Source: Zancudomyces culisetae HAW-14-8 (Eukaryota > Fungi > Kickxellomycota). Taken from it: a stretch of DNA of 64,000 nt. The translations under genes and the position numbers were made by a program. The stretch covers positions 930,001-994,000 of the forward strand of contig JBNJNM010000021.1 of the NCBI GenBank assembly GCA_052426225.1, written 5' to 3'. Shown in pieces: positions 37,075-49,987 of this stretch (position 1 is its first letter; every line of letters begins with the position of its first letter). The notes under the pieces were generated by a model. The model ran no database searches and was not told the origin of the DNA. It saw nothing but the letters and a program-made list of their open reading frames with translations.

Positions 37075-38891
37075 CCATTTCATAATTCCAAATTATTGTT
37101 ATTTTATCTAAGCAAAAAAAAAATATTGTTGTTTTAATATTTGAGGCAGAGCATCGACCAAATAGCCATACACAATAACATTATTAAATACTTTATCTTA
37201 CTGAATACACACTAACACTTTCATATAATTTTGATTTTTCTTACAACACGGTTAAATAAAGTTCAGAAAGTAATATTTTTAGGATGAAAGATTCGAGGAC
37301 ATAGTGGCACATTAATTGCGTTTGTTGCGGCTTGAGTTAAAACCAGTATACATCTCTGCTCACAAAATTAAAAAAAACAAAAAAACAAAAAAATATTCAC
37401 ATTCCCGATGGTTTTTTACGTAACTGTACATTCAATCCGTGATATATGTGGAACAACTAGTCTAAGGGAAAGCGTTTCGATTTGAAGAGCAAAAAGAATC
37501 GATTTGTTGATCTGGTTAGCCATTAAGAATATTGGGGGGTTTTTGGTGCGTAAAGCACGTAAATTGTTAGCCTATAGTGATTTTTAATTTGTGCGTTTAC
37601 AAAGCTGCATTAGGACGTCCAATAATTTATTATCAATTCAGAAAATGTAATGACAAATGATCTGAAAATATGGGAAATTCTAAGGACAAAAACAAAAATC
37701 CCGTAGAACTTACAAAATCACACTAATTACTCAGCCTCTCTTTTCAACAATTATTGGAAAAAAAAATGACTTGTTACTTGACAGATTTCAAGCATCCACG
37801 AGTTTAATGCTATTTTCAGGCATTTTTATCACTCCAAAACGTTATCCCTTTAATTTGCAAATGCTTGATACTAGTGCCGTTTTGTTTTGGGTAATTGAAT
37901 CAGCACGCAACATAAAAGAAAAAACCCTGTGTATTGTAATAGCAGAGATAAAACATGTTATTTAGCAACAATAAAGAGTGTATAGTACAGGTGAACTATA
38001 GTGGTAAGTTGGTGAGGTGAGACATATGTGTTCTAGCTTTAATTGCGTAACTAGCTTTAACACATTCATGTCCAAAGTCGCATTACTTCCAGTCTCTTTG
38101 AGTGAATGAAAACTAAGCTGCTTTCATGTGTTTCGGTACACTTGACAATTAATATATACCGGAGTGATACTGGAAAGAGGATGTTGGCTCGCATGTCGTT
38201 TAGAACTAATTATGGATTTCAAGTTTCTAAAAATAGACAGGTTAGAAAAAAATATGTAATTCTAACTAAAAAAAATTAGTTACAATTGTAAATTTTAATT
38301 AGGATGATTCGAACTGTGTAAAGTTAATGAAGTTTGGTTAATAAAAAATAAAAATAAAGAAAACTTATGCAAGGGGATTTGTTGAACTATTTTTATCAAT
38401 AAAAACTCAGAGATCAAAATCTTTAGTAATTTAGCCGGATCACCAAATTAGAAAGCTGTGTAAGTGCAACAGGAAAGAAAAAGAATGAGAAATTTGAATT
38501 TGTGTTAGTCCACTTTACCATAAAATGAATTATGAGTGTGCAAGTGGAGAAATTAAAATTATTATATATAGTATTACTAAAAAAAATTTTTTAGACTCAT
38601 AAGCATTTTTTAATTAAACTATTTATACAAAACAAGGTCTTGTGTAAATATATACATACAGGCGGATTCAAGTACAACATACACAACAGCATATATACGT
38701 ACCCAGACCTAAAGAGCATCAACTCATAATCATTTACAATATATTACACACTTTTTTGCGCTATTAGGCCAGCAATTCATATAATTGAATTCCATTCAGC
38801 AGAAGCACGTAAAGCATTAGGACAATACACATAACATATTCATAAAAAGCAACATATATAAAAACGAATACGAACTAGAACAAATATTAAG

Positions 38892-39890
38892 ATGAAGGTA
38901 TTATTTTTACATGGTTTTTCTCAAAATGCAAACAAATTCAAAGCAAAAACACGAGGAATTCAAAGATGCTTTTCGAAGAACGACGAGTTAGGTAAAGTAT
39001 CCAACTGTTTATTTCTATTTTTGTTGTCGTTTATATAATTCAATATTCCTAGTGAGGGGTAGCCAAGGTATTAAGCTGATGGAATTTGGTAATTGTGTAT
39101 CTAAATAGTATTCTTGGACGCACCTATTATCATAAATTCGGTAAACGATCAAGTAGTGGTGATTAGACCCACCTCCAACAAAGTACCGGCAGAGGGAAAT
39201 ATAGGTAACTAAAGAAAATCTTGGTTCTTTATAACTTTGGGTTGGCTTGTGTAGGTTTGTCGTGACAAGCAGCCTTAAAGTATAAAAATAAAGAGCACCA
39301 CGAAACAAAACAACAAAAAAACAAAATAATATAAAAGATTTATTAACAATCGGCTAATCCAATGGTAAATAGACTCATGCCGCGCTTGGTGGACATTTTC
39401 AAACAGGGAGAAACAAAAGATCGAAGGGATAGAGAATACGCTGGAATACTTGGAACATGTAATCACGGAACAAGGGCCATTTGATGGAGTAGTTGGGTTT
39501 TCACAGGGAGCAATATTGGCGTCAATATTATGTTCTTTGATACAAAGTGGTAAAAATAACAAAATAAAAGAAAAACAGCCGCCATTTAAGTTTGCGGTGA
39601 TAATAGGAGGATCACTACCACTTCCATCCAGTCCGCTAATGAATTATTTCGAGTCACAGAGCATAAACGTTCCAAGCTTGCATGTGATAGGCAAATGGGA
39701 CACGGTAGTCCCGCAGGAACGGTCGCTGATGCTTGCGGAGAAGTACCAGGAGTCGCATGTATTAAGCTTTGAGGGAGGACACATCGTTCCACTGAGCGAA
39801 AATGTGGTTAAAGCGTATAGAATATTTTTAAGTACTAGTTTTCCCAGTCTTACTCACTCCAGCAATATGGGGCTAGGATTAATCGTTTAA
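38892..39890 (+). CDS. FSH1/OVCA2-family serine hydrolase (3 exons)
   Basis: Exon 1 MKVLFLHGFSQNA from 38892; exon 2 VFLDAP; exon 3 RAWW...GPFDGVVGFSQGA...PSLHVIGKWDTVVP...GGHIVP (Ser-Asp-His triad). Confidence 0.92.
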
Positions 39891-42499
39891 TAGTTGTAAT
39901 GCCAAGCTTTCTTGGTCTTGAAGATCTAACTGTTTCGTTTTTTTGCTAGTATTATTAATATAATCACTGGACCTTTTTGTTCCTGCGACTGGAGTGCTAT
40001 ATTCTTGAGCACTAGCGTCGGACTGATCTGAATTGTCATCCTCGCTGTAGCTTCCAGAATCGCTGTCGTTGTCAGAGTATTCATCCTCACTTCCGTGGCC
40101 TATAGTCACATGTGTTTCAGTTGCGTTCTCAGCACCATTCTGCATTTTACTTCTTGCCTTTTTCTCAATGCGTTTCAGTTTTCTTTTTTCATGATCTACC
40201 AGTTTATCATGTTGGTCAATAGCCGCCATTTCAGATATCTGGGTAGTGGTAAAGTCCTTAATTTTAGAGTTAACGTCGTTATTTGAGTAAAAGGAGGACT
40301 CAGTCTCAAGCTGGTAGACTGGAACAGCATTTCCATGCTCGTCAAACACAAATTTGTTGTTGGTGGTATTTTTGATAATTTTCTGCTTGGCTTTGCGGAT
40401 TTGTTTTTTAGTCATTTCATTTGCTGGAATGTTTGGCACCACTACAGGCATTTGTGTTCTAGGATTGACTGTCAATACCTTGAAAAGACTTTCGTCCTTG
40501 ATATTATCAGCTTCTTGTCCCTGAGCTGATTTTTTTATCAACTCATCATCTCCACTACTATCGTCGCTGTCGCTGGCACTATCATTGTCACTACTACTAT
40601 CACTACTATCAGAACCATCGCTAGTTTCACTGGTACCGCCATCCCCATTACGTTTTGATTTGGGTTTCAAAACCAAAAAGTCTCCGTCACTATCATCATC
40701 GTCATTCGAAGTATCATCGTTTCTATCTACAAGCTTCTGATAATGTTCTGTAAATACGTTTGTGTTCTTTCTGTTGATCATCTTATTTACTTTGCTGTTA
40801 ACGCCATTGTTCTTGCCCTTGTCTTCCTCGTCGCTCTGCTCTTCTCCAATAAACTTGATCTTGTCTCTCTTAGTACTTTCTTGTTGCTGTTTCTGCCACT
40901 GTTTCCTCTTTTCGTCCGCAACCAACTTGTCAATAAAGGAAATCTTGGGTACATTTGGTAAACCTAAGGATTCTGCATATTGCTGGAATGGCAATTTAAG
41001 TACATCAAATACTGCATTTTCATCATCACTGCCTTCCGCATTTTCTTCGTTCTTAAATGCGTTTCGTTTCAGGTATATTGAGCGCACATATGAAATAAAC
41101 GATTTCTGGCCCAAATATTTAATTTCAGGATCCTGAAAGCAGAAATGCTGAAGCTGGTCAGATATCGACATGACTTTACCCTTGCGTGGATTGATTTTGG
41201 TTATTGGTATCTTTCTTTTTTCCAGGTGTTTAATTATTCCTTTCTCCTCATTTGGAAGTACCATAATCAGCGAGCTTCCTGCGCTATCGTATCGCGCTGC
41301 TCTACCTACTCTGTGAATATACATATCTACGTCCTCTGGCGCATCTAATTGCACTACCCAATCCACTGCTGGAAAATCTAACCCTCTAGCCGCAACATCT
41401 GTACATATCATACATCCCTGTGGCATCTTCATAAATCGGTCGTACGTTTTTACTCTTGCTGTCTGTTTCTGCTTTCCATACAAGTGAACTAATGGTATTC
41501 CTGGTTGTAGCTTGCAGAAAGTTTCATATATAAATCGCACTTGCTTATTGCTACTCACAAACACCATCATGCGGGTCTTTAAGTGTGTTTTGATAAATGA
41601 GTACAGCATATCCAGCTTTGTTTGAAGCTCTGTTACCATATAATATTGGCTCAGCTTCTGGGGCGTCGCTTGATCTTCTGCATCGTGCACCGATATATTT
41701 TCTTGCTGCTTGAGGCTGAGTCTAGCCAGCTCCTTAACTGAATTAGACTGGGTCGCAGAAAAAAGCAACGTCTGTCTGTCTTTTGGAATATTTGCTATAA
41801 TCGCGTTGATTGTTTTCTGGAATCCCATATCCAAGATTCTGTCCGCTTCGTCTAATACTAAAATTCGCAATCCCGAACAATCAAATTCTGCTGCTTGATC
41901 CATATGCTGCAGAAGTCTACCTGGTGTGCAGATAAGGATATTCATTCTTGAGATTCTCTCTCTTTCTTCCTCCACATTCTTTCCTCCTATTATCAATCCT
42001 GCTGAAAACGAATGCTTTTTTCCGATTTTACACAGCACATTAAATATCTGAACAGCTAGTTCTCTGGTAGGTGAGATTATCAAACCACCCAAACCATCCA
42101 TCCGTGTCCATTTTTCTCTATACAAAACTTCAAGAACTGGTATCAAAAAAGCTAATGTCTTCCCCGAACCTGTTTTTGCAGCCCCCATCACATCCTTTTT
42201 GGCTAGTGCCAATGGGATGGTTTTTCGCTGAATTTCTGTCAATTCTACATACTTGGCTTCTGTTAATCCGTCTAGAGTTCTTTTTGAGATTGGAAGTTCT
42301 GAAAACAACCCTTCCTTGACGTCTTCCTAAAAATAGATATACAATATAAATTAGATTAAGTTTCTACTTTTATTGAGCAGTCAAACCTTATACTTACGCT
42401 TTTGAATGCCCTCTCGTTTAAATCATCTATTGATTTTAATTCCTGATCTCTTAGCTCTCGTCGTTTTGCTCGGGTAACTTTTTTTCCTCTGTGGTTCAT
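39879..42499 (-). CDS. DBP4: DEAD-box RNA helicase Dbp4/DDX10
   Basis: Exon 1 MNHRGKK...AFKS (42499-42398), then an intron. AKTGSGKT, PTRELA, DEAD, SAT, HRVGRAAR; FIKTHLK, RPG-like QPGIPL, YAESLGLP; C-terminal QESLALQLL typical of Dbp4. Confidence 0.93.
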
Positions 42500-44705
42500 T
42501 ATAGCTACTTTTTTAAGTTGGTTTTCGTTTTTTCTTTCTTTCCGAATTGCTCTTTTATGGATATTTATTTAATGATTATGCTAAAGCGTTGTCTTTACTT
42601 TCTAATATATATTGTATTTTATTTTATTTCTTTGTTATTTTTGCTTTTTTGATCTGTTGTATTCTAATTTATAAACTTCCAAACTCAAAATTTTTTCTAG
42701 CCCTTAATTGCTTGATGCAAAAAAAAAAAAATTAAGCCAAAAAACACAAGAAACGAAAAAAAAAAATTTTTTTTTACGACTGTATTATTTTTAAGTAACA
42801 ACCAGCTTTAGTAGAAAGCAACTAAAGAAAGCCCAAAACTCTCTTGAAAAAAGTATGAAAAAAGGCCTATTTAAAGTTATTTAACCAAAGCTCAAAGTAT
42901 CGGTCCACTAAGCCCAAGTATTAAAGGGTACAAGACGACAATTTCCGTAAAAGCTTAAATACTTGCTGTGTGTTTTTTTATGTAGCAGTTCACCGTCCTT
43001 AACTCTGCGGATGTATATCTGGAAACTCACATCAAACAACTGGACAAGTATAAGTATGTTTTTAGCAAAGGTGTGTTCGCTTTGATGGTTCTGTAAAACA
43101 ATATTTAAACGCACGGTTATGGAAACAAGAGTGAGAGGATTATTTTTATCAAAGGGCTTGGTTTGGAGACTAACATACGCACCCACCACATACTTGTATT
43201 TATATCGGTGCTGCTATAACAAATATACAAAAATAAGTGTATATAGCTAGATAGACGTGCAATACAGCTATCATATACCATTTAATCGTGCCTATGTATT
43301 CAAGACCAGCGAGATCGAAACGCTAAAAAAAGACTCGTTGTTCAACTCATAAATATTTTGAAATTGTGGAACATGAACAACATCAGGTTTGATTAGTATG
43401 AGCTCATTTTATTCATCTAAAGCAAAGCCCGTGTAATATCACCTTTTTTTCTGTATGTGTCCTACAATTCTTTAATACCCCCAAACTTGTTGTTTCTAAT
43501 GCTGATCTTTTTGTTCTGCCGCCAACCAGAATTCACCTATCTAAATCTCCGTCTTATAAGCAAGTTTGTGTTATATATCTTTTTTTAAGAATATTAATAA
43601 TTAACCACTAATCTATTAGATGCCTGCTTTTTTCAAAATGCCATATTGTACTGACTTTCCTTAAATGGCTTGTGATCAATGATAACAATTTATTGTCTTT
43701 TTTATCTTGAACATTCCCGCTGAGATTGTTTCCAGTTTTTATCATTTAATGGAACATATGAATGTTTCAAAAACACAAAATAATAATTACCACCAAAACA
43801 TGTATGACCTGGTTATTCCCATAGCCACCTGTTTTACAACTGATTAATCGGCCAAGTCACATGGAAAAGAAATATTGGAGGCGAAGGATTGGCCAGAGCT
43901 CACCAATAAATGTTAAAGAATAAACGCATCCAATGGCATAACGATGAATTACAATATGACTGCACGTGGATTAGGGAATGCAATCTAGTTATTCGCAATT
44001 GAACAACCTAAACTTTATACAGAACAGGAATGTTATGGGAATAATTCATAATGCATTTCATGCAATCCAATACTTGTTTGTAGCGGGGAGGGGAGGGAGG
44101 GGTGGGTTCAGAGTTTGTTTTTTTTGCAACTCCCAAAATTGCTCATAAGCACAAGATAGAGGGTAGGATGTTAAAACACGCACATTCATTTGGGATGCAA
44201 TGTTACCATGTTCCAACAAGGGGTATACGAGATAAATTGATAGCAATGTGATTGATGAAAATCACACGGAAAGCCCAGGCTGAGCTAATTAAAAATGCCA
44301 CTGTTTTCTCATTAAAAGTATATATTTATAAACCTCATATGTCAAATGGCACGGTTTGAGCGTTTCATAGAAAAAATATTCGAGAAGAGCAAAATAACCA
44401 CTGAAATAAACAGTAAAGCAATCTAATCAAACGATGTGGTTTTAATGCAATAGTAGCACTGACATTAAAGACGTGGTTCTCCATACTCAATTAAGCACTT
44501 GCAATTATTTACTAGGCTTTTAAAAAAAGCATACCAACAAGAACAAAAAAAAAACAAGTGTTGGTATGATAGAAAGCCAAGAAGGTGGTATTTTTAATGT
44601 ACTTATAGATCCGACTCTCCTTTTCTTTAGCTTTTAAGGTACTAGAATAAAAACAAAACTTATACTCGAAACTAGTTTACAACCACCAAGAATAACAAAA
44701 ACGCA

Positions 44706-47700
44706 ATGCTCGTCTTGAGTCTGATTCTGTCCACAGTAACTCTTGCGTGTGGTCCGAATGTACATAACGAGGTAACCGAGCGAGCAAGAAGCTGGTTTAA
44801 ATTAACCACAAAACCGAGCGAAAATGGCGAGTTTGGACAATATAACTTTAGTAGCATCCTCGAAAAAAACGTTGATGCGCTGCAGGCAGGAGCTTTGTTT
44901 CCTGACTGGGGTTATGGGTGTCTAGGATATGATAATGAGGCTGAGGAAGCACATTGGACTCCATTTATAAGCTCAGCAGTTGAATATTTAAATGAAAACT
45001 ACAAGAAACCGTATAACCAGGCGGCAGAGAAATTGATAGCTTTCATATTTGGCGTATCATCGCATCAAGTGGCAGATGAATTATGGCATAGCATTCATAT
45101 GGGCGAAGGTTTACTGGATGTTTTAAGCAAGACGGAATACAAGGGCAGGGAGTCCCAAGGTCATACTCTGCTTGATGTAGGAACGGACTTTTACATGAGA
45201 TATATCGATGAGCTGAGCTATATAGGAGTGAGTACTCGGTTTTTTTATTTACTATTTAATGATTTTTTAGAGGAAGCCAACTAGATAAGTTATGTTCCTC
45301 TTGAAAAGCAAAAAAAAAAAACGAGTAAATTAAACATAACACTAAAACCTATGCTCTAGAACAAATGGAGCATCCCAACCGTTGATGTTATCAAAATATA
45401 CAAGAAAATGGGGATGAATGTTTCAAGGGCTAAACTACAGGCCTGTACTGCGCAATTATACTCAGCAATGCAGGGCTCCAAAAGGACAGGACATTTGATC
45501 TTTCCTTCATATCTTCCATCTACAAACCTACTTACTGATGAGTTTGTTTCCTATTTTAGAGGGGGGTTAAACTCAATGGCAGTTCAAACACATAATTGTT
45601 GGGAGTGTCTTTCAAGCTGGATTCAAACTAACAAAAAAACCTGTAATTGTTTGGCATATGACACCTTCAGGGTAAAAAGGCGAGTTGCTTCGAAACCTCA
45701 CATAGATATGCTGTTACAAACTATTCGGAACTTTGAAAAGGGAAAATACGGAAAATCTAAACATTCCAAGAAAACTTTGAACGGAATTGAACAGATTTAC
45801 CAAGATATAGTAAATGAAATAACTATTGAGAACGACTCAAACATAACTACTCTAAATTATATGTTAAAAGAGAATGAAGATACAAGGAAAAATAACACCA
45901 GCAATTTTATAAACGAAAAACTAAAATATCAACGTGTAGTGAAAACTCCCTTCACACAAAGTGAGATTGTAGAGAAAAATAGCCTCCAGGCCAAAAATGA
46001 ATGTGATACAATCCAGAAAGGATGCGTAGAAATAGGCAAGAGATATTCTCACGAGTTAGTAATGTATATAGATAGGCCATACGCGCATCTAGGAACTACG
46101 ATTGCAACAGGAGATTTCAATGGTTCAGGAAAGCCTTCTTTAGGTATGTTCAACTAATACATCTGTGTTTTTTTTTTGCTATTTTGATTATTTTAATTAT
46201 TTGATCGTTATTAAAAGAAGGAAACCGACTAGGAATACTTTTTAAAATAACCCCAGCCTAGGACTTTGAAATCACGTGTGTATTAAAAGGTTTATTATTT
46301 AAAATGAATAGTTATTGGCGCTCCAAAATATTGCGATGAAGATATCGATAAAGGTTGTGGTGGGATTTTTATTGTGGAAGACTATGACACTGTAGATAAA
46401 CGTAGGGAGGTTAACATAAGAGAGGCTGCTAAACAAAAGATACTTCCACCATCAAGTGATTCAAAATCCTTTTTCGATACGGACAATGGATTTCCAGGCT
46501 CGGATAAGTTTACAAATTTTGGTGCTTCACTGGTGGTGTTGGATTTTGACCATGATGGGATTGACGACCTGGTTGTGGGTGCATCATGGAAAAATGGAGT
46601 TTTATCGAATAATATTGGCGCTGTATACATATATTTGGGTAGAAGACACTTGGGACTCCCATCTGAGCCCAATTACATTTTGAACGCTGCCGAGTTTAGG
46701 GATATGGACAGTAGCTTGGACAAGTTTTCTATTAAAATTGGGGATAAGCTCTTTGCAGTCGATGTAGATGGGGACGGTAAAAAGGATTTGCTTTTAGGGT
46801 CACCTCGTACCAGCCTTGGGAAGGATTTATCTCAGGTAAGTATCGTCTTTTTTTATACTAAAGCACGGGTAGATATACGATTTTACAAATTAAAAAGCTT
46901 TCTTTTTTGTCCTGTTTGCATCTGGTTTGATTTTTACTTTTTTGATGGTGGGGGGGGGGGATAATTTTAGGCCGGTTCTGTATTTGTCCTTTTTTCAAGC
47001 GCAAAGTATACAAATAAAAACAAAAAAGCGTTGTTTCCTGATATCATGATAACGAGTAACAAGGTGGAACAGTTCGAATGGTTTGGGGTTTCAGCTGACG
47101 GGATAACTAGCCAAAAAAGTGATGGTGGTGATATGGTAATTGGGATTGGTGCCTCTGGTGGCAAATATTTAAAGGAGAGTGCTGCGTCTCCGATACAAAA
47201 TCATAACGACCAGTTTGAAGTCATGACAGAGATACAACAAATAAAGCAAGATAATATTATAGTTAGGCTCATAAGGGGGATAATAACGGCTATCGAAAGA
47301 GTGGCCATGAATATTATTACCTACTTCAGCCTAAAGTTGCGCAAGAAAACAAAGAGTACATACTATGATGGGAAAGTATACGGGTTCACAATCAATAAAG
47401 AATATAAAAAAGCGGAATATCTGTTTGATTTAAGTGAAAACACACCATTCGGATTTTTCGGAAGGTATGGTTAATCCATGTATTTTTTCAGGGTATATAC
47501 TCAATAAATGAGTAAAAAATAAGCACCACTTAGTCCAATAGTAACTATATGGGCATAACTGGGAATTTTATATACTTTAAACGTGTTTCCTAATTAAATA
47601 GCAACATAAATACGTGCCACGGAAATGACGGAAACATCATTGGTACATTTATCTCTGCACCAAACATGAATACAGGTATTAATATTTAATATTGAGTATA

Positions 47701-48527
47701 TAGCTTCTATCTATTAGGTATATAATTACTTGCTTAGATTATATATGCAAATTATTCTTATATAAAGCGAATTAATCATGAAGCTTGTTTTTCTACAAAC
47801 ATCGGTTGATTTACAGGAAAGAGCTGTTCAGATGCAAACGACAGTTCTGATCTCAATTGGCAAGCAGGATCAACATTTTTTGTAAACTTTATAAAACAAT
47901 CTGGGGTGGAAAACACTACCACGGTTGATCATCGAGTTTCTAGAGTGTTCCTAAGCCAAAATATTTCTGAAAAGCTATCCAAGTCGATATTTTGTGGTGA
48001 AAATGAAGTTTGGCTGGGAGCACCATATGCAGACCATGGTAAGTCGTTTTTTGCTAATTTAGGAGCGTATAATAGTCAATCAATATGTGGTAAATATAGC
48101 AACGTTATCATGTACTTATAATTGTGTTTGTTATATTTTTAGAACGGGGAAGAGTATACACTTGGGATTATAACAAGAATTCCGATTTTAAATGTTACCT
48201 TTATAAAACACAGTCCAATGGTAAGAGATAACTAAAGAAATCAGCAGCCATTATTTTCTAATATCAATATAACCAGGGTTTTTAAAATATATCGAAACTA
48301 GCCTCACGTTTTGGAAACCAGATAATCTTTCTTGGTGGAATCTCGCAACAAAAGGAGAAGCTGATAGTATCACAGGCCCACAATTCGCACTTTTCAAAGT
48401 AACTACCAATATTTTATTATTTAATGTTTTTTTTCCCCTTTAATAGATATCCCAGTGTTGTGAGTAACCGATTTACCTGTTATAATATTATAGGAAAGCT
48501 GGAACAATACACATTTTTTCAAACTAG
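44706..48527 (+). CDS. GPLD1: GPI-specific phospholipase D-like protein (Zn-dependent catalytic domain plus FG-GAP beta-propeller), multi-exon
   Basis: Signal peptide then CGPNVHNEVTERA; AGALFPDWGY; EEAHWTPF; GVSSHQVADELWH; FG-GAP repeats GDFNGSGK..VIGAP, FGASL..LDFDHDGIDDLVVGA..GAVYIYLG, DVDGDGKKDLLLGSP; small 3' exons ending KAGTIHIFSN*. Confidence 0.88.
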
Positions 48528-48971
48528 CGTTTATAGTGTTTGAAATTCTGCAAAAGAATGAGGTGTACTACTATGAAAAGGGATGTTTGAATGCATGTTT
48601 TTATATCCAGAGTTTGGATTATGTGTGGATAACCACATCCATAAACACATTATAGATTTATATATAAAGAAACCAGGCTACAACATTAGAAGCTTGCACT
48701 TGTTTTTGTTATGCCAAAACTAATAAAATAATAAAAATAACGCGATTGGCTACTTGTATTTGAACACACGAATCATTGCTTTGTCTTTCTAATTTCCTAG
48801 AATTATTTGTTGGTTGTTTTTCAGCTTAGAAAAAAGAACAAAAATAACAACCTTAGCTCTAGCACTAAAACCAACACTAACACTGTTTATTATCCTTCTT
48901 GAATTTCATTTCTTTCACATTCTTCAGATTTTTTAAAAAAGCGAATATCCAGAGACGAAAAAAAGCACAGA

Positions 48972-49418
48972 ATGAGTCACACATTTTCAGGTGAGGAGGT
49001 AGATGAGTTTAGAGAGGCTTTCAGCTTGTTTGACCAAGACAACGACGGTTATGTGTCTAAAGCCGAACTGGGCTCAGTATTGAGATCATTGAACAGAACT
49101 ATTACTGAAAATGAACTTCAAGAACTTTTTGTGCAAGCAGATTCAGATAATGATGGAAAAGTGAATTTCAATGAATTTGTAAAGATAATGTCAAAGGAAC
49201 TAGAGTTTGTAAGCGGAGAAGATGAGATTTTGGAGGCCTTCAAAGTTTTTGACAAAGACGGAGCCGGTTTCATTCCAATATCTGAGCTTAGACACATAAT
49301 GACCTCGTTAGGAGAAAAGTTGAGTGAGGAGGAGGTTGAAGAAATGCTTAAAGAAGCTGATATTTACGGTGATGGGAAGGTTTACTATGATCAATTTGTA
49401 AAATTAATAGCATTATAA
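48972..49418 (+). CDS. divergent calmodulin-like EF-hand protein (148 aa, intronless)
   Basis: [35 protein letters not shown]1 and EF2 canonical; EF3 and EF4 degenerate. Confidence 0.9.
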   Translation: MSHTFSGEEVDEFREAFSLFDQDNDGYVSKAELGSVLRSLNRTITENELQELFVQADSDNDGKVNFNEFVKIMSKELEFVSGEDEILEAFKVFDKDGAGFIPISELRHIMTSLGEKLSEEEVEEMLKEADIYGDGKVYYDQFVKLIAL

Positions 49419-49987
49419 ATGTGTTTATACAATCCAACTTAGTAGTCGCAAGGCGTTAATTCTTATTGTGTTCCTTTCCCGCTTTTTTCAAACTAAATAT
49501 ATTAAATCTAGAACCATCCAATTTAGATGAACTCAAAACTTTTCACTCCACCGAGTACTCTTCAGAATATTAGTAGCGGAGCCTGATGGTCAGCATGATA
49601 TATACAGTAAAGGACCTTTTGGATACCTGTCTCCGATTCTTTTTTATATGAATTTAAACGACTTGACTTGCATCCACTGCTGTTATAATGTGTCAGCCTC
49701 TCAAACAGAATTGACAAGAGTCCATCCATTTCGCATATATATAATAATATAACAACAACCAAAAACTGAACTTGGGTGGCTCTGTGTATTACCTATTTGA
49801 CCTCCTCCACATATTATACATGACCTTATTTAAAAATAAAAATAAACTCAGTTCACTTCTGATGAAAATATTAAACATCACAAAACCGTGAAATCCCGTA
49901 GTAAAATACTAAACCCAGAAAAAAAAAGAAAAGTCAAAAGGTTCCGTAATAGGACGATAAGAAAATAAATCTGTATGTGGTGACTGA

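Noticed and set aside
41290-41325. Dbp4 motif VI reads HRVGRAAR rather than HRVGRTAR
   Set aside because: Single conservative change with the key His and Arg residues intact.
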